Source of the DNA: an uncultured Fibrobacteraceae bacterium
Lineage (GTDB): Bacteria; Krumholzibacteriota; Krumholzibacteriia; LZORAL124-64-63
DNA: 64,000 bases
Direction of reading: 5' to 3'
Assembly: GCA_964384055.1 (NCBI GenBank)
Contig: CAYLIV010000010.1
Coordinates: forward strand, 13,829-77,828
Shown here: piece after piece, positions 25,071-34,887 of the stretch
Numbering within the stretch: position 1 is the first letter of the stretch
Layout: every line of letters starts with the position of its first letter
The notes under the pieces: generated by a model
What the model was told of the DNA's origin: nothing
Databases searched by the model: none
The model's input: the letters and a program-made list of their open reading frames with translations, nothing else
Position numbers and translations under genes: made by a program

Positions 25071-28064
25071 TTGGCTAGAAAACACAGAGTCTACGAACTC
25101 GGCCGTCACTACGGTGTCGACAGCAAGACGATCATGGCGCTTCTGCAGAAGATGAAGGTAGAAGCGAAGAGCCATATGAGCATCGTCGAGGATGGACACG
25201 TCGACAAGATCCATGCAGTTTTCCAGCGCAAGCGTGAGATCGCGCGTATCAACTATGCCAAGGCCCACGGGCTCGACCCGGACAAGTTGAAGCATGTCGC
25301 CAGTCTCAAACCGTTGCCGAAGCCGGAGTTGCCCGAGGAGCCAAAGAAAAAGAAGGCCAAGAAGAAGAAGGCGGTCAAGAAGAAGAAGAAGGCGCCGGCC
25401 AAGTCCAAGATCGTGGTGATCAAGAAGACCGGCCAGAAGACGGCGGTGGTCAAGAAGGCCGAGGCCGAAAAAGCGGTCAAAGAGAAGGCCGATGCCGAAG
25501 TAGCCGAACGCAAGCGAGTCGAGACCGAACAGCGCGAGCAGGAACTGGCGGCGGCCCGCGAGGAGGCGCGCCGCGAACGTGAAACCGATGTCGCGGACAG
25601 GAAACCGGTGGCGAAACTCGTCAAGAAGGGCAAGGTGCCCGACGAGGCGCAAGTCGCCGAGACCGCGGATGCGGTGACCGACGCGCCGGTAGACGTCGTG
25701 GACGAGACTGAGGTAACCCCGGTTGCGGCCGACGACGCCGAGGCCGCGGCGATCGCGTCGCCGACGGACACGACGGCTGCTGCCGAAACCGAGCCGACCG
25801 AGACCGACGAAACAGGCGACGTCGTTGCGGAGGGCGAGGCCGCCGAGGACGCGCCGGAAACGGAAGCCACGGTCGAGACCGAGCCGGAAACCGCATCGGA
25901 CGCACCAGCCGCCGAGACGCCGGCACCTGGCGGGGTGGGGATGAAGCGCGATAATTTCAAGGTCGGCGATATCGTGCGACCGGCACCCTCGAAAGCTGCC
26001 AAGGAAGCCGCGGCCAAGGAAGCCGCGGCCAAGGAAGCCGCAGCCAAGAAAGCGGCTGCCAAGAAGGACGAGGCCAAGGTCAGCTCCGAATCGGTGAAGG
26101 AATCCGTCAAGGCGGCCATCCGCCGGCGTCAGGAGGAGAAGTCGGCCAAGGCCGAGGTCTCCACCCGTCGTAAACGCTCCCGGCAGAGAAAGAAGAAGGT
26201 CGACGAAGCAGAAGTGGAAAAGCAGCTCAAGCAGACCATGGCGCAACTCGAAACCGGTCCCGGCAAACGGCGCAAGAAAAAAGGTGCACAGTTGGAAGAG
26301 GTCCAGGAAGAACGTGTCATACACGTGACGGAATTCATCACGGTCCAGGAATTGGCCGAGAAGCTCGACGTCCCGCCCAAGGATATCATCACCAAGCTGT
26401 TCACGCTCGGCGTGCTGGCGACCATGAACCAGCGCCTGGAGAAAGAGCAGATCGAACTGCTCGGCGAGGAATTCGAATGTGAGATCGAGTACCTGAGCGA
26501 ATACGGCGAGGAGGTACTCGACAGCGTCGACGAAATGGACGAGGAACGCGTGCAACGGCCGCCGGTGGTCACGGTCATGGGGCACGTCGATCACGGTAAG
26601 ACGTCGTTGCTGGACTTCATCCGTAAGACCAACGTGATCGCGGGCGAAGCGGGCAGCATCACCCAGCACATCGGCGCCTACATGGTGGAGACGCCGGGTG
26701 GTCCGATCACCTTCCTCGACACTCCGGGCCATGCCGCGTTCACGGCCATGCGTGCCCGCGGCGCTTCGGTCACGGACATCGTGATCCTTGTCGTCGCGGC
26801 CGACGACCGGGTCATGCCGCAGACGGTGGAGGCGATCAACCACGCCAAGGCGGCCAAGGTGCCGGTCATCGTGGCCATCAACAAGATCGACCTGCCGGCG
26901 GCCAAGCCGGATCTGGTCAAGCAGGATCTGATGCAGCACGAGGTCATGATCGAAGAGTACGGCGGAGACGTGCTCTGCACCGAGATCTCCGCCAAGCAGG
27001 GGCAGGGTATCGACAAGTTGCTCGAGCTCGTGCACCTGCAGTCGGAAGTGCTGGAACTGATGGCCAGCCCCTCGGGACAGGTGCGGGGGACGGTTATCGA
27101 AGCGCGCAAGGAACCGGGACGCGGTGTGGTGTTCACCGTGTTGGTCGAGCACGGCACACTGAAGATCGGGGACATCTTCCTGGTCGGTGTGCGGGAAGGC
27201 AAGGTGCGGGCTCTGACCAACGAGCGCGGGCAGGCCCTCCGGCAGGTCGGACCGGGCGAACCGGCCGAGGTCATGGGATCCGGCGACGTGCCGGAAGCGG
27301 GCGATCGCTTCTACGTGCTCAAGAGCGAGCGCGAAGCCCGCGAGATCGCCGGCAAGCGCCAGGCGTTGCAGCGGCAGCAGCAAATTGCCGGCCCGAAGAA
27401 GAAGCTCGATTTGGAGAACCTGTCGGATTTGATCGAGCTGCAGGACCTGAAGGAACTGCCCATCATCATCAAGGGCGACGTGGCCGGTTCGGTAGAGGCG
27501 CTGGCGGACCAGCTGCTCGAGCTGAACACCCAGGAAGTCCAGGTCAACATCATGCACAAGTCGGTGGGGGCGGTCAGCGAATCGGACGTGCTTTTGGCCG
27601 GCAATACCGGTGCGATGATCATCGGTTTCCACCTGCGGCCCGGCGCGGCGATCAAGGAACTGGCCAAGTCGCAGCACGTTACCATCGAGGTATTCGACAT
27701 CATCTACGAAGCGGTCGATACGCTGAAGAAGGCGATGGCCGGATTGCTCGCCAGCATCGAGCGCGAGGTTTCCACGGGTGCGGCCCAGGTGCGGCAGGTA
27801 TTCAGGATTCCGAAGTTGGGCTCGATCGCCGGCTCCATGGTCACCGACGGCAAGATCGTTCGCAATAGCCGGGCGCGCCTCGTGCGCGACGAGGTCGTCA
27901 TCTTCGAGGGCAAGATCAATTCGCTGAAACGGTTCAAGGAAGACGCCAAGGAAGTCGTGGCTGGTTACGAGTGCGGGATCGGGCTGGAGAATTTCCACGA
28001 GATCATCGAGGGCGACACCATCGAGGCCTACGAGATCGAGCACATCAAACGCACCGAACTGTAG
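25071..28064 (+). CDS. infB: Translation initiation factor IF-2
   Basis: IF2_N motif (VYELGRHYGVDSKTIMALLQKMKVEAKSHMS), a long Lys/Ala/Glu-rich linker, GTP-binding domain (VTVMGHVDHGKTSLLD) and C-terminal domains. 997 aa, TTG start. Confidence 0.97.
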   Translation: MARKHRVYELGRHYGVDSKTIMALLQKMKVEAKSHMSIVEDGHVDKIHAVFQRKREIARINYAKAHGLDPDKLKHVASLKPLPKPELPEEPKKKKAKKKKAVKKKKKAPAKSKIVVIKKTGQKTAVVKKAEAEKAVKEKADAEVAERKRVETEQREQELAAAREEARRERETDVADRKPVAKLVKKGKVPDEAQVAETADAVTDAPVDVVDETEVTPVAADDAEAAAIASPTDTTAAAETEPTETDETGDVVAEGEAAEDAPETEATVETEPETASDAPAAETPAPGGVGMKRDNFKVGDIVRPAPSKAAKEAAAKEAAAKEAAAKKAAAKKDEAKVSSESVKESVKAAIRRRQEEKSAKAEVSTRRKRSRQRKKKVDEAEVEKQLKQTMAQLETGPGKRRKKKGAQLEEVQEERVIHVTEFITVQELAEKLDVPPKDIITKLFTLGVLATMNQRLEKEQIELLGEEFECEIEYLSEYGEEVLDSVDEMDEERVQRPPVVTVMGHVDHGKTSLLDFIRKTNVIAGEAGSITQHIGAYMVETPGGPITFLDTPGHAAFTAMRARGASVTDIVILVVAADDRVMPQTVEAINHAKAAKVPVIVAINKIDLPAAKPDLVKQDLMQHEVMIEEYGGDVLCTEISAKQGQGIDKLLELVHLQSEVLELMASPSGQVRGTVIEARKEPGRGVVFTVLVEHGTLKIGDIFLVGVREGKVRALTNERGQALRQVGPGEPAEVMGSGDVPEAGDRFYVLKSEREAREIAGKRQALQRQQQIAGPKKKLDLENLSDLIELQDLKELPIIIKGDVAGSVEALADQLLELNTQEVQVNIMHKSVGAVSESDVLLAGNTGAMIIGFHLRPGAAIKELAKSQHVTIEVFDIIYEAVDTLKKAMAGLLASIEREVSTGAAQVRQVFRIPKLGSIAGSMVTDGKIVRNSRARLVRDEVVIFEGKINSLKRFKEDAKEVVAGYECGIGLENFHEIIEGDTIEAYEIEHIKRTEL

Positions 28065-28102
28065 CGGCGCGCCGAGGGTGGAACGAAGATCGCGACGGGC
28101 GG

Positions 28103-28138
28103 CGTGATGGTGCTGACGGCACCATCACGTCTTTCGTT
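28103..28138 (+). promoter_or_regulatory. Perfect 11-bp stem-loop in the infB-rbfA intergenic region
   Basis: cgtgatggtgc-tgac-ggcaccatcacg followed by tctttcgtt. It may be an RNA processing site or a partial terminator. Confidence 0.4.
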
Positions 28139-28181
28139 GAGTCGGTAGCGGCGGACGCGAGTTCTCACGGAGTGTTTCCAC

Positions 28182-29579
28182 ATGGATCCCTACAAGACCA
28201 ACAAGCTGAACCATGCCATCCAGAAAAAGCTGAGCGAACTGCTCGAGCTCGCGGTCAAGGATCCGCGCGTCGGTCTGGTGACGATCAACGGTGTCGAGTT
28301 GAATCGCGATCATTCGGTGGCGCGGGTGTTTTTCTCGGTGCTGGGCGACGACGACACACGGCAGACGAGTCTGCGCGGGTTGAAAAAAGCCAAGGGTTTT
28401 TTACAGAGTAAACTCGCCCGCAGTATGCGGTTGCGACAAACGCCCGATCTGCGCTTCGTGCTAGACGACACGCTGGAGCGCAGCCAGAGCGTGGAATCGG
28501 TACTCCAGGATTTGCACGAGCAGGGCGAGTTCCTGTCCGAGGCCGAACGCCGCCGCCGGCTGACCAGTGATGATTTTCCACCGCCGGCAGAGCTGATCGA
28601 TGCACTGATCGCCGGCGAGCGTTTCTGGGTGGTGCCGCACTGGAATCCCGATCCCGACGCCATGGGCGGCGCGCTGGCTCTGGGTGAAGCATTGCGGACG
28701 ACGGGACGCGCCGCGCGGGTGATCGCCTACGAAGATCCACCGCTCGGCCTGGCCGATCTACCCGGTTTCGGCGACGTGCTGCCCGCACAGGACGCCGCGC
28801 AGGTGTACGAACAAGAACCACCGGACACCGTCGTACTCGTCGATTGCCACCGTGGCGACCGCTGCGGTTTTCTGGAAGGCACGCTGGCTCGCGTCGAGAA
28901 CCAGTGGTGCATCGATCACCATCTCGTGAGTGGTCGGCGGGCGCCCGTACCCGGTTGGGTCGAGGCGCGCGTGTGTTCGGCCAGCGCGCTAGTCTATCAG
29001 GTGATCTCGGTGCTCGCGGCCGGCGCCGACGGGCGCTGTATGCCGTTCGCGATCAGCGTGGACATGGCGACCAACCTCTACGCCGGCATCGTGAACGACA
29101 CCGGCGGTTTTCGTTTTTCGAACACCCTGCCGATGACCTTCGATCTGGCCCGGCAGCTGGCCCGTCTCGGCGTCGATACCGCCGCTGTCGCACGCAAGAC
29201 CCTGCACCGCTACCGGCCACAAGGGGTGGCGCTGCTGCAGCAGGTTATCGGCAGTTTCGAGTATCATGCCGACGGCCGGATCCTGACCGTACAGGCGACC
29301 AGAGAAATGCTCGCCGCGACCGGCGGGACCCTCGCCGATACCGAGGGATTCGTCAATCTGGCCACGGCGGTCGAAGGGGTCCGTTACGTCGCTTTCATGA
29401 AGGAACTGTCCGACGAGCTCTGGCGCATCTCGCTCCGCGTGCGTGGCGACGGCGATGTGCAGAGCATCGCCGCCCGCTACGGCGGCGGCGGACACCGTCA
29501 GGCGGCCGGCTGCACAATCGAGGGGGCAAGGGACGAGGTCAGCCGGCAGCTGGTCTCCGACCTGCTGGCGATTCTCTGA
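28182..29579 (+). CDS. rbfA: Ribosome-binding factor A fused to a DHH/DHHA1 phosphoesterase (NrnA-like)
   Basis: Residues 1 to about 120 are RbfA (GLVTINGVELNRDHSVARVFFSV...MRLRQTPDLRFVLDDTLE). Downstream come a DHH domain (DPDAMGG...VDCHRGDR) and DHHA1 (YGGGGHRQAAG) with no intervening stop. ATG start with a GGAG RBS. Confidence 0.8.
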   Translation: MDPYKTNKLNHAIQKKLSELLELAVKDPRVGLVTINGVELNRDHSVARVFFSVLGDDDTRQTSLRGLKKAKGFLQSKLARSMRLRQTPDLRFVLDDTLERSQSVESVLQDLHEQGEFLSEAERRRRLTSDDFPPPAELIDALIAGERFWVVPHWNPDPDAMGGALALGEALRTTGRAARVIAYEDPPLGLADLPGFGDVLPAQDAAQVYEQEPPDTVVLVDCHRGDRCGFLEGTLARVENQWCIDHHLVSGRRAPVPGWVEARVCSASALVYQVISVLAAGADGRCMPFAISVDMATNLYAGIVNDTGGFRFSNTLPMTFDLARQLARLGVDTAAVARKTLHRYRPQGVALLQQVIGSFEYHADGRILTVQATREMLAATGGTLADTEGFVNLATAVEGVRYVAFMKELSDELWRISLRVRGDGDVQSIAARYGGGGHRQAAGCTIEGARDEVSRQLVSDLLAIL

Positions 29580-29593
29580 ACGAGGTACGATAG

Positions 29594-30646
29594 GTGCGCG
29601 GTATCGACGGTGTCATCCTGGTGGACAAACCGACCGGCTGCTCTTCCCACGCGATCGTGGACCGGGTACGCCGGTCGCTGCTCGAGATCCAGCCCGGGCT
29701 GGCGGTCCGTCGGCGACGTCGTGGCCGTCGCGACCGGGGGCCGCGCTTCAAATGCGGTCATGCCGGCACACTCGACCCGCTGGCGACTGGCTTGCTGGTG
29801 GTTCTGGTCGGCGCCGGTGTTCGCCTGTCGCGGTTTCTGATGGGTCTCGACAAACGCTACCGGGTCGTCTGCGGCTTCGGCGTCGAAACCGATTCGCTCG
29901 ATGCCGACGGCAAGGTCACGGCCACGGTGCCCGTTAGTTTTCTACCGGCCGACCTGGCAGCCGAGCTGGCACGGTTCCGGGGATCGATACGCCAGGTACC
30001 GCCGCTGATCTCGGCCCTCAAGCAGGACGGGATACCGCTCTACAAGCGCGTGCGCAGCGGGCGGGCGGTCAAGACACCGGCCGCACGACCGGTGAGCATC
30101 TCGACGCTGGAACTGGTCGACACGGACTGGGGTGTGGCCGACGGGACTGCGCCGGAGAATGTGGCCGGGCTGCTGGCCGCCGACGGCTGCCGCTACGACG
30201 CGACCTTGACGATCGAGTGCTCGAGCGGTACCTACGTACGGGCGCTTGCTCGCGATCTGGCGGTGGCGTTGGGAACCGTCGGTTTCGTACGTCAGCTACG
30301 GCGCGAGGCGGTTGGCCCCTTCACGATAGCCGATGCGCTGCCCGCTGATGCGCTCGATGACGGCGAGGCGCTCCTGGCGGCGATGCGCCCGCTGAGCCGG
30401 TCGTTACCGCATTTGCCGCTATTGACGGTGGACAGAAGCCAGGCAGCCAGCCTACGCCAGGGCGGACAGCCCCAGCGCAACTGGTTTGGCGACGAGATCG
30501 ACAACCAGGCCGCCGGCGATCCTGACGACGAGGTCTGGTTTCGGATCGTCGATCCCGCCGAAGATCTGGTCGCGGTCGGCGGCTATTCAGCCCGGAACGA
30601 AGCGGTGCGGACGGTCGCTGTTTTTCCCGGTCGCACCGAAGAATGA
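29594..30646 (+). CDS. truB: tRNA pseudouridine(55) synthase TruB
   Basis: TruB motifs (VILVDKPTGCSSHAIV, HAGTLDPLATGLLVVLVG) with an Arg-rich insertion (RRRRRGRRDRGPRF) between them. GTG start. Confidence 0.9.
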   Translation: MRGIDGVILVDKPTGCSSHAIVDRVRRSLLEIQPGLAVRRRRRGRRDRGPRFKCGHAGTLDPLATGLLVVLVGAGVRLSRFLMGLDKRYRVVCGFGVETDSLDADGKVTATVPVSFLPADLAAELARFRGSIRQVPPLISALKQDGIPLYKRVRSGRAVKTPAARPVSISTLELVDTDWGVADGTAPENVAGLLAADGCRYDATLTIECSSGTYVRALARDLAVALGTVGFVRQLRREAVGPFTIADALPADALDDGEALLAAMRPLSRSLPHLPLLTVDRSQAASLRQGGQPQRNWFGDEIDNQAAGDPDDEVWFRIVDPAEDLVAVGGYSARNEAVRTVAVFPGRTEE

Positions 30647-30693
30647 AGCGCTTGCTGAAGCCGGCTGCCCGATAACACCGCGGAGGACCGAGT

Positions 30694-31782
30694 ATGCGTT
30701 TGATCAGGTTGACGGCGGAGTACATAACCAGGATCGTGACGGGCGAAAGCACGTTACCGGCACGCCAGCTTGACTCGTCGGCCCTGGCCCTCGGTTCCTT
30801 CGACGGCGTGCACCTCGGTCACCAGGACCTGATCCGGCAGGTCAGGGAAGCGGCCGAAAACCATTCTCTGGCTGCAAGTTGCCTGTTTACCTTCCGTCGC
30901 CATCCGCGCATCGTTCTGCGTCCCGACCAGGATCCGTTTCTCCTGACGACCTGGCGAGAAAAGCTCTCGGTGCTCACGGGCGCGGGGCTCGACGTCATCG
31001 TGGCCGCCGATTTCTGTCCAGCACTCGGCACGCTGGGATACCGGGAATTCGTGACCAAGTTTCTCGTCGGTTTTCTGGGCATGAAGCATTTCGTGGCCGG
31101 CTACGATGTTCACCTCGGCGCCGACCGCGGCGGCAACGCCGAGACCTTGCGGACGCTCGGCGGCGAGCTCGGATACACACTCGCCGTCCACCCGGCGCTC
31201 TGTGAGGCGGGACAGACCATCAGCAGCTCGGCCATCCGTGGTTTTCTGGCGGCCGGCGATCTCGCCGGCGCCACCAGGATGCTCGGCCGACCTTATGCCC
31301 TCTGGGGCGAGGTCAGTCCCGGCGACGGCCGCGGCCGGACGATCGGCTATCCGACGGCCAACATCACGCCACTCTTCAGTTACAAGCTGCTCCCGGCTCC
31401 CGGCGTGTATGCGGTGAAAATCCAGATTCCCGGCGACGCGGCCGATGCCGGCGGCAAGAATGGCATACTCGCCCGGGTCACCGAGTCGCTGCCCGAGGTC
31501 GACCGCAACGGCGACCTGCTGAGCACCGCGCCGTCGCAGTGGGTGGTGTTCGGCGGTATGCTGAATTTCGGCACGGTGCCGACTTTTCACAGCGACGGGC
31601 TGCCCGCGCCGCGAGTCGAAGGACACATCTTCGAATTCGACGGCGACCTGCGTGGGCGGACGGTCAAGGTGGAGTGGATCAAGAAGCTGCGGGACGAGCG
31701 GAAGTTCGACGGCGTGGCGCAGCTCGTCGAGCAGCTGCAGGCGGACGAACAGGAAGCGCGACAGTCGCTCGGGATGGGATGA
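30694..31782 (+). CDS. ribF: Bifunctional riboflavin kinase / FMN adenylyltransferase
   Basis: FAD synthetase N-domain (ALGSFDGVHLGHQDLI) and riboflavin kinase C-domain (GRTIGYPTANI). GGAGG RBS. Confidence 0.9.
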   Translation: MRLIRLTAEYITRIVTGESTLPARQLDSSALALGSFDGVHLGHQDLIRQVREAAENHSLAASCLFTFRRHPRIVLRPDQDPFLLTTWREKLSVLTGAGLDVIVAADFCPALGTLGYREFVTKFLVGFLGMKHFVAGYDVHLGADRGGNAETLRTLGGELGYTLAVHPALCEAGQTISSSAIRGFLAAGDLAGATRMLGRPYALWGEVSPGDGRGRTIGYPTANITPLFSYKLLPAPGVYAVKIQIPGDAADAGGKNGILARVTESLPEVDRNGDLLSTAPSQWVVFGGMLNFGTVPTFHSDGLPAPRVEGHIFEFDGDLRGRTVKVEWIKKLRDERKFDGVAQLVEQLQADEQEARQSLGMG

Positions 31783-31919
31783 CCGGCGCCGGCTGCCGTC
31801 CGCCGGCGATTTCATTTGACCGTCGTCGGCAGTCAAGGTACCTTGCCGTTCGAGTCCCGTTGATTCGCCGTTTCCGGCCCGACTCACGGTTGCCGTGGTT
31901 AGCTGGTAAGGAGAACCCC

Positions 31920-34367
31920 GTGTCCCGCCTATGGTGTCTGGCTCGTCCGAGTTTCGTCCCGTGTTTCCTGGCGATCGTCCTGCTGCTGGTTTCGACACCG
32001 TGCGTCGTCGCGCAACAGCCCACCGAGGCGCAGCTCAGAGAAGCCGCGCGGCGTGCCGGAATGAGCGAAGAGGAACTGCGCCGCTATCAGGACAGCCTGA
32101 CGTCGGAACCGGGTGTCGTTGATACCGTCACGGTCAGTGAACCCGGCCGTACGACCCTCGACGGCATCGACGACAGCGTGCCGGCCGGCCAGCGGCCCCT
32201 GGCGCCGGATCCCTCCACGCAGCTCGATCCCAGGTTCTTCCCGCCCAAGGTGGTCTTGCCTTTCGAACTGGATGGTTTCGGCATGAGCGCCGCCGATTCC
32301 GACTCGGTGTACCTCGAGTTGACGGCCCTGGAAGACTCGGTGGTATACTTCGGCGCCGACTTTTTCCAGCTCGACGCCGGCATGTTCAACCCGCCCTCCT
32401 TCGGCCCCGTACCGGCGGACTATCTGATCGGCGTCGGCGATCATATCGTGGTGGACGTCTGGGGCGAGGTGGAATTCCGGCTCAGTCGTGTCGTCGACCG
32501 TGAAGGCACGATCATTCTGCCCAAGGGCGGCAAGATCCTTTGCCAGAACCGAACGCTAGAGCAGGTCCGTAAACACGTCGAAAACCGTCTGGCACAATCC
32601 TACTCGGGGATCCAGGAAACCGAAAACGAGGCGACCACCTTCGTCGACGTGAACCTCGGCGCGTTGCGGGCGATACGGGTGTTCGTGGTCGGCGATGCCC
32701 AGCAACCGGGTTCGTACGAGTTGAGTTCGGTGGCCACCGTCTTCACGGCGCTGTACGCGGCGGGTGGTCCGTCGACGGAAGGAACGATGCGCGACATACG
32801 ACTCGTGCGCGATGGCGAAGTCGTTACCAGCCTGGATGTCTACGAATATCTGCTCTCCGGCAAGCGCACCGGCGACACCCTGCTCCGGGAAGGGGACACG
32901 ATTCTGATCGGGGCGCGCGGACCGAGTGTCCGGGTCCAGGGCGAGGTCCGCCGGCCCATCCATTTCGAAATGAGACCTGGTGAAAATATCAGCGAGCTGA
33001 TCCGCTTCGCCGGGGGCTTCACTCCGCAGGCGGCCAGTGCGGTGGTGCATATCGAGCGGATCCTGCCCTTCGCCGAGCGCCGTGACGAACAGCCGGACCA
33101 GGTGTATCTGGATGTGGTGCTGGATCCCCTCTCGGGCGAACCGGTCGATCCGGCCAGCAGCGTGCTGGTCGACGGCGACACGGTGACCGTCGGCGCCATC
33201 GTGGAGCGGCTCGAGAACTGGATCGAGATCATCGGCAACGTGAAACGTCCGGGAACCTATCAGTTTCGGCCCGGCATGGTGGTGTCGGATCTCATCGACC
33301 TGGCCGGCGGCATGTGGCCTGATACGCTGAAGGAACGCGCGATCATCGACCGGACGACGCCCCAGCTCGATGCTCAGACCTTCGATTTCGCCCTCGGCGA
33401 CGTGCTCGAGGGGCGCGCCGAGCCGGTGCATTTGCAGGCCATGGACGTCGTGCACATTTTCTCGCGCTGGGATATCGAGGAACGGCACCTCGTTCATGTA
33501 TCGGGCGAGGTGCGCGAACCGCAGAGCATGCCGTACCGGGAAGGCATGACCCTGCGCGATCTGGTGCTCAAGGCGGGCGGGTTGAAGCAGTCGGCCGACA
33601 AGTTGCGCGCGGAGGTGTCGCGGGTGCGCCTGGCGGCGGTAGAGAGTCATGACCTGAGCGCACCGCCCACCGAAACCGTCGATGCCATCCTGGTGGAACT
33701 CGGCGAGGACTTCCTGACCAGCAGTAGCGAGTTCGTCCTGCAGGCCCACGACCGGGTAGCCATCCGCAAGTTGCCGTGGTGGGAACTGCAGCGCACGGTG
33801 ACCCTCGTGGGCGAAGTGTATTTTCCGGGCCTGTACAGCCTCGAGCGTCCGGATGAGACGCTTTCCGAGGTGATAGCCCGGGCCGGCGGCCTGAAGCCGA
33901 GCGCGTACTGGATCGGCGCGCGAGTCCTGCGCGAGAAAGACGATGTGGGCAACATCGCCATCGACCTGCAGAAGGCCCTCGCCGAGCCGCGGTCCCAGTA
34001 CGACATCATCGTGCAGTCCGGCGATATCGTGCTCGTGCCTGATCAGATGTACACGGTCAAGGTCATGGGCGAAGTAGGTTTCCCGACCAGTCTCGTCTTC
34101 GAAGAGGGACGAGACCTCAACTACTACGTCGACCGCGCCGGGGGCTACCTCGAGGACGCGGACAAGAAGAAGACCCGGGTCGTCTATCCCAACGGCCTGT
34201 CGTTGCCCAACAAGGGCGGCTCGCGGGTGGTGGCGGGTTCGACGATCGTCGTTCCGTTACGCAAAGAAGGCGATTGGGGTAGCCGCCTGGAGTACATGCG
34301 CGAGATCTCCGCCATCTTTGCCAGTCTGGCTACCGTGTGGTTGGTGATCGACAAGACAACGCAGTGA
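31920..34367 (+). CDS. Polysaccharide biosynthesis/export protein (Wza/KpsD-like with multiple SLBB-type domains)
   Basis: Signal peptide (VSRLWCLARPSFVPCFLAIVLLLVSTPCVVAQQ) followed by about 780 aa of periplasmic export-protein-like sequence. GTG 31920 with an AAGGAG RBS 7 nt upstream is preferred over the longer ORF call from 31539, which would overlap ribF. Confidence 0.7.
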   Translation: MSRLWCLARPSFVPCFLAIVLLLVSTPCVVAQQPTEAQLREAARRAGMSEEELRRYQDSLTSEPGVVDTVTVSEPGRTTLDGIDDSVPAGQRPLAPDPSTQLDPRFFPPKVVLPFELDGFGMSAADSDSVYLELTALEDSVVYFGADFFQLDAGMFNPPSFGPVPADYLIGVGDHIVVDVWGEVEFRLSRVVDREGTIILPKGGKILCQNRTLEQVRKHVENRLAQSYSGIQETENEATTFVDVNLGALRAIRVFVVGDAQQPGSYELSSVATVFTALYAAGGPSTEGTMRDIRLVRDGEVVTSLDVYEYLLSGKRTGDTLLREGDTILIGARGPSVRVQGEVRRPIHFEMRPGENISELIRFAGGFTPQAASAVVHIERILPFAERRDEQPDQVYLDVVLDPLSGEPVDPASSVLVDGDTVTVGAIVERLENWIEIIGNVKRPGTYQFRPGMVVSDLIDLAGGMWPDTLKERAIIDRTTPQLDAQTFDFALGDVLEGRAEPVHLQAMDVVHIFSRWDIEERHLVHVSGEVREPQSMPYREGMTLRDLVLKAGGLKQSADKLRAEVSRVRLAAVESHDLSAPPTETVDAILVELGEDFLTSSSEFVLQAHDRVAIRKLPWWELQRTVTLVGEVYFPGLYSLERPDETLSEVIARAGGLKPSAYWIGARVLREKDDVGNIAIDLQKALAEPRSQYDIIVQSGDIVLVPDQMYTVKVMGEVGFPTSLVFEEGRDLNYYVDRAGGYLEDADKKKTRVVYPNGLSLPNKGGSRVVAGSTIVVPLRKEGDWGSRLEYMREISAIFASLATVWLVIDKTTQ

Positions 34368-34759
34368 GCCGGCAGCGGCGCCTATGCGGTACCGGAACTC
34401 CTCACGCCACATCCCGCCTCGCTTCGGGTGGTCGAATGCAGTGTGCATTGCCCCCGACGGGAATCGAAAACCCGGCACTCGAGTGCCCTTTTCGGTGTAT
34501 CATACCAGCGTGTCGCACCCGCGAGTAAAAGCGGGCGTCATGCGCCCCGATCGTCAACAATCCCTGACTTCACGGTTTTCCTCCACCGCCGGCGAACACC
34601 GTACTCGGGCAAGTAATTCGGATTGTGTCGCTTCGGGTTGATCGGGCATCGAAATTGCACGACGCGCCAGGCAGCGACAATCGGTATTTCAGCCTGCGTT
34701 TTGCGCGTTTACGCGATTGTGGCCACCGGCGGCCCAACGGCGCCGCTGGATGCGGTATA

Positions 34760-34860
34760 GGACAAAAAAAAACAGGTCCGAATAATCACACGAAAGGGTG
34801 GATAAAAGATTGCTTGTATAAAGAGCAAGCTATACTATTCTTGCTTCGTGTAGGATGGAA
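34760..34860 (+). promoter_or_regulatory. AT-rich island with a palindrome and a direct repeat upstream of the sugar-transferase gene (candidate promoter/operator)
   Basis: An A9 run, the palindrome gcttgTATAAAGAGcaagc at 34812-34830, TTGCTT repeated at 34810 and 34841, and -10-like TATACT at 34831. The low GC contrasts sharply with the flanking sequence. Confidence 0.4.
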
Positions 34861-34887
34861 ATCTGCGGTCAACGACGGATCGGGGTC

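Noticed and set aside
25020-28043. 1007-aa antisense ORF opposite infB
   Set aside because: infB on the plus strand is unambiguously conserved end to end. The antisense product is Arg/Leu/Asp-rich low complexity.
28182-29579. The RbfA-NrnA fusion being two genes joined by a sequencing frameshift
   Set aside because: The six-frame track shows one uninterrupted 465-aa ORF, and both halves are in the same frame. It is retained as a fusion but flagged for read-level verification.
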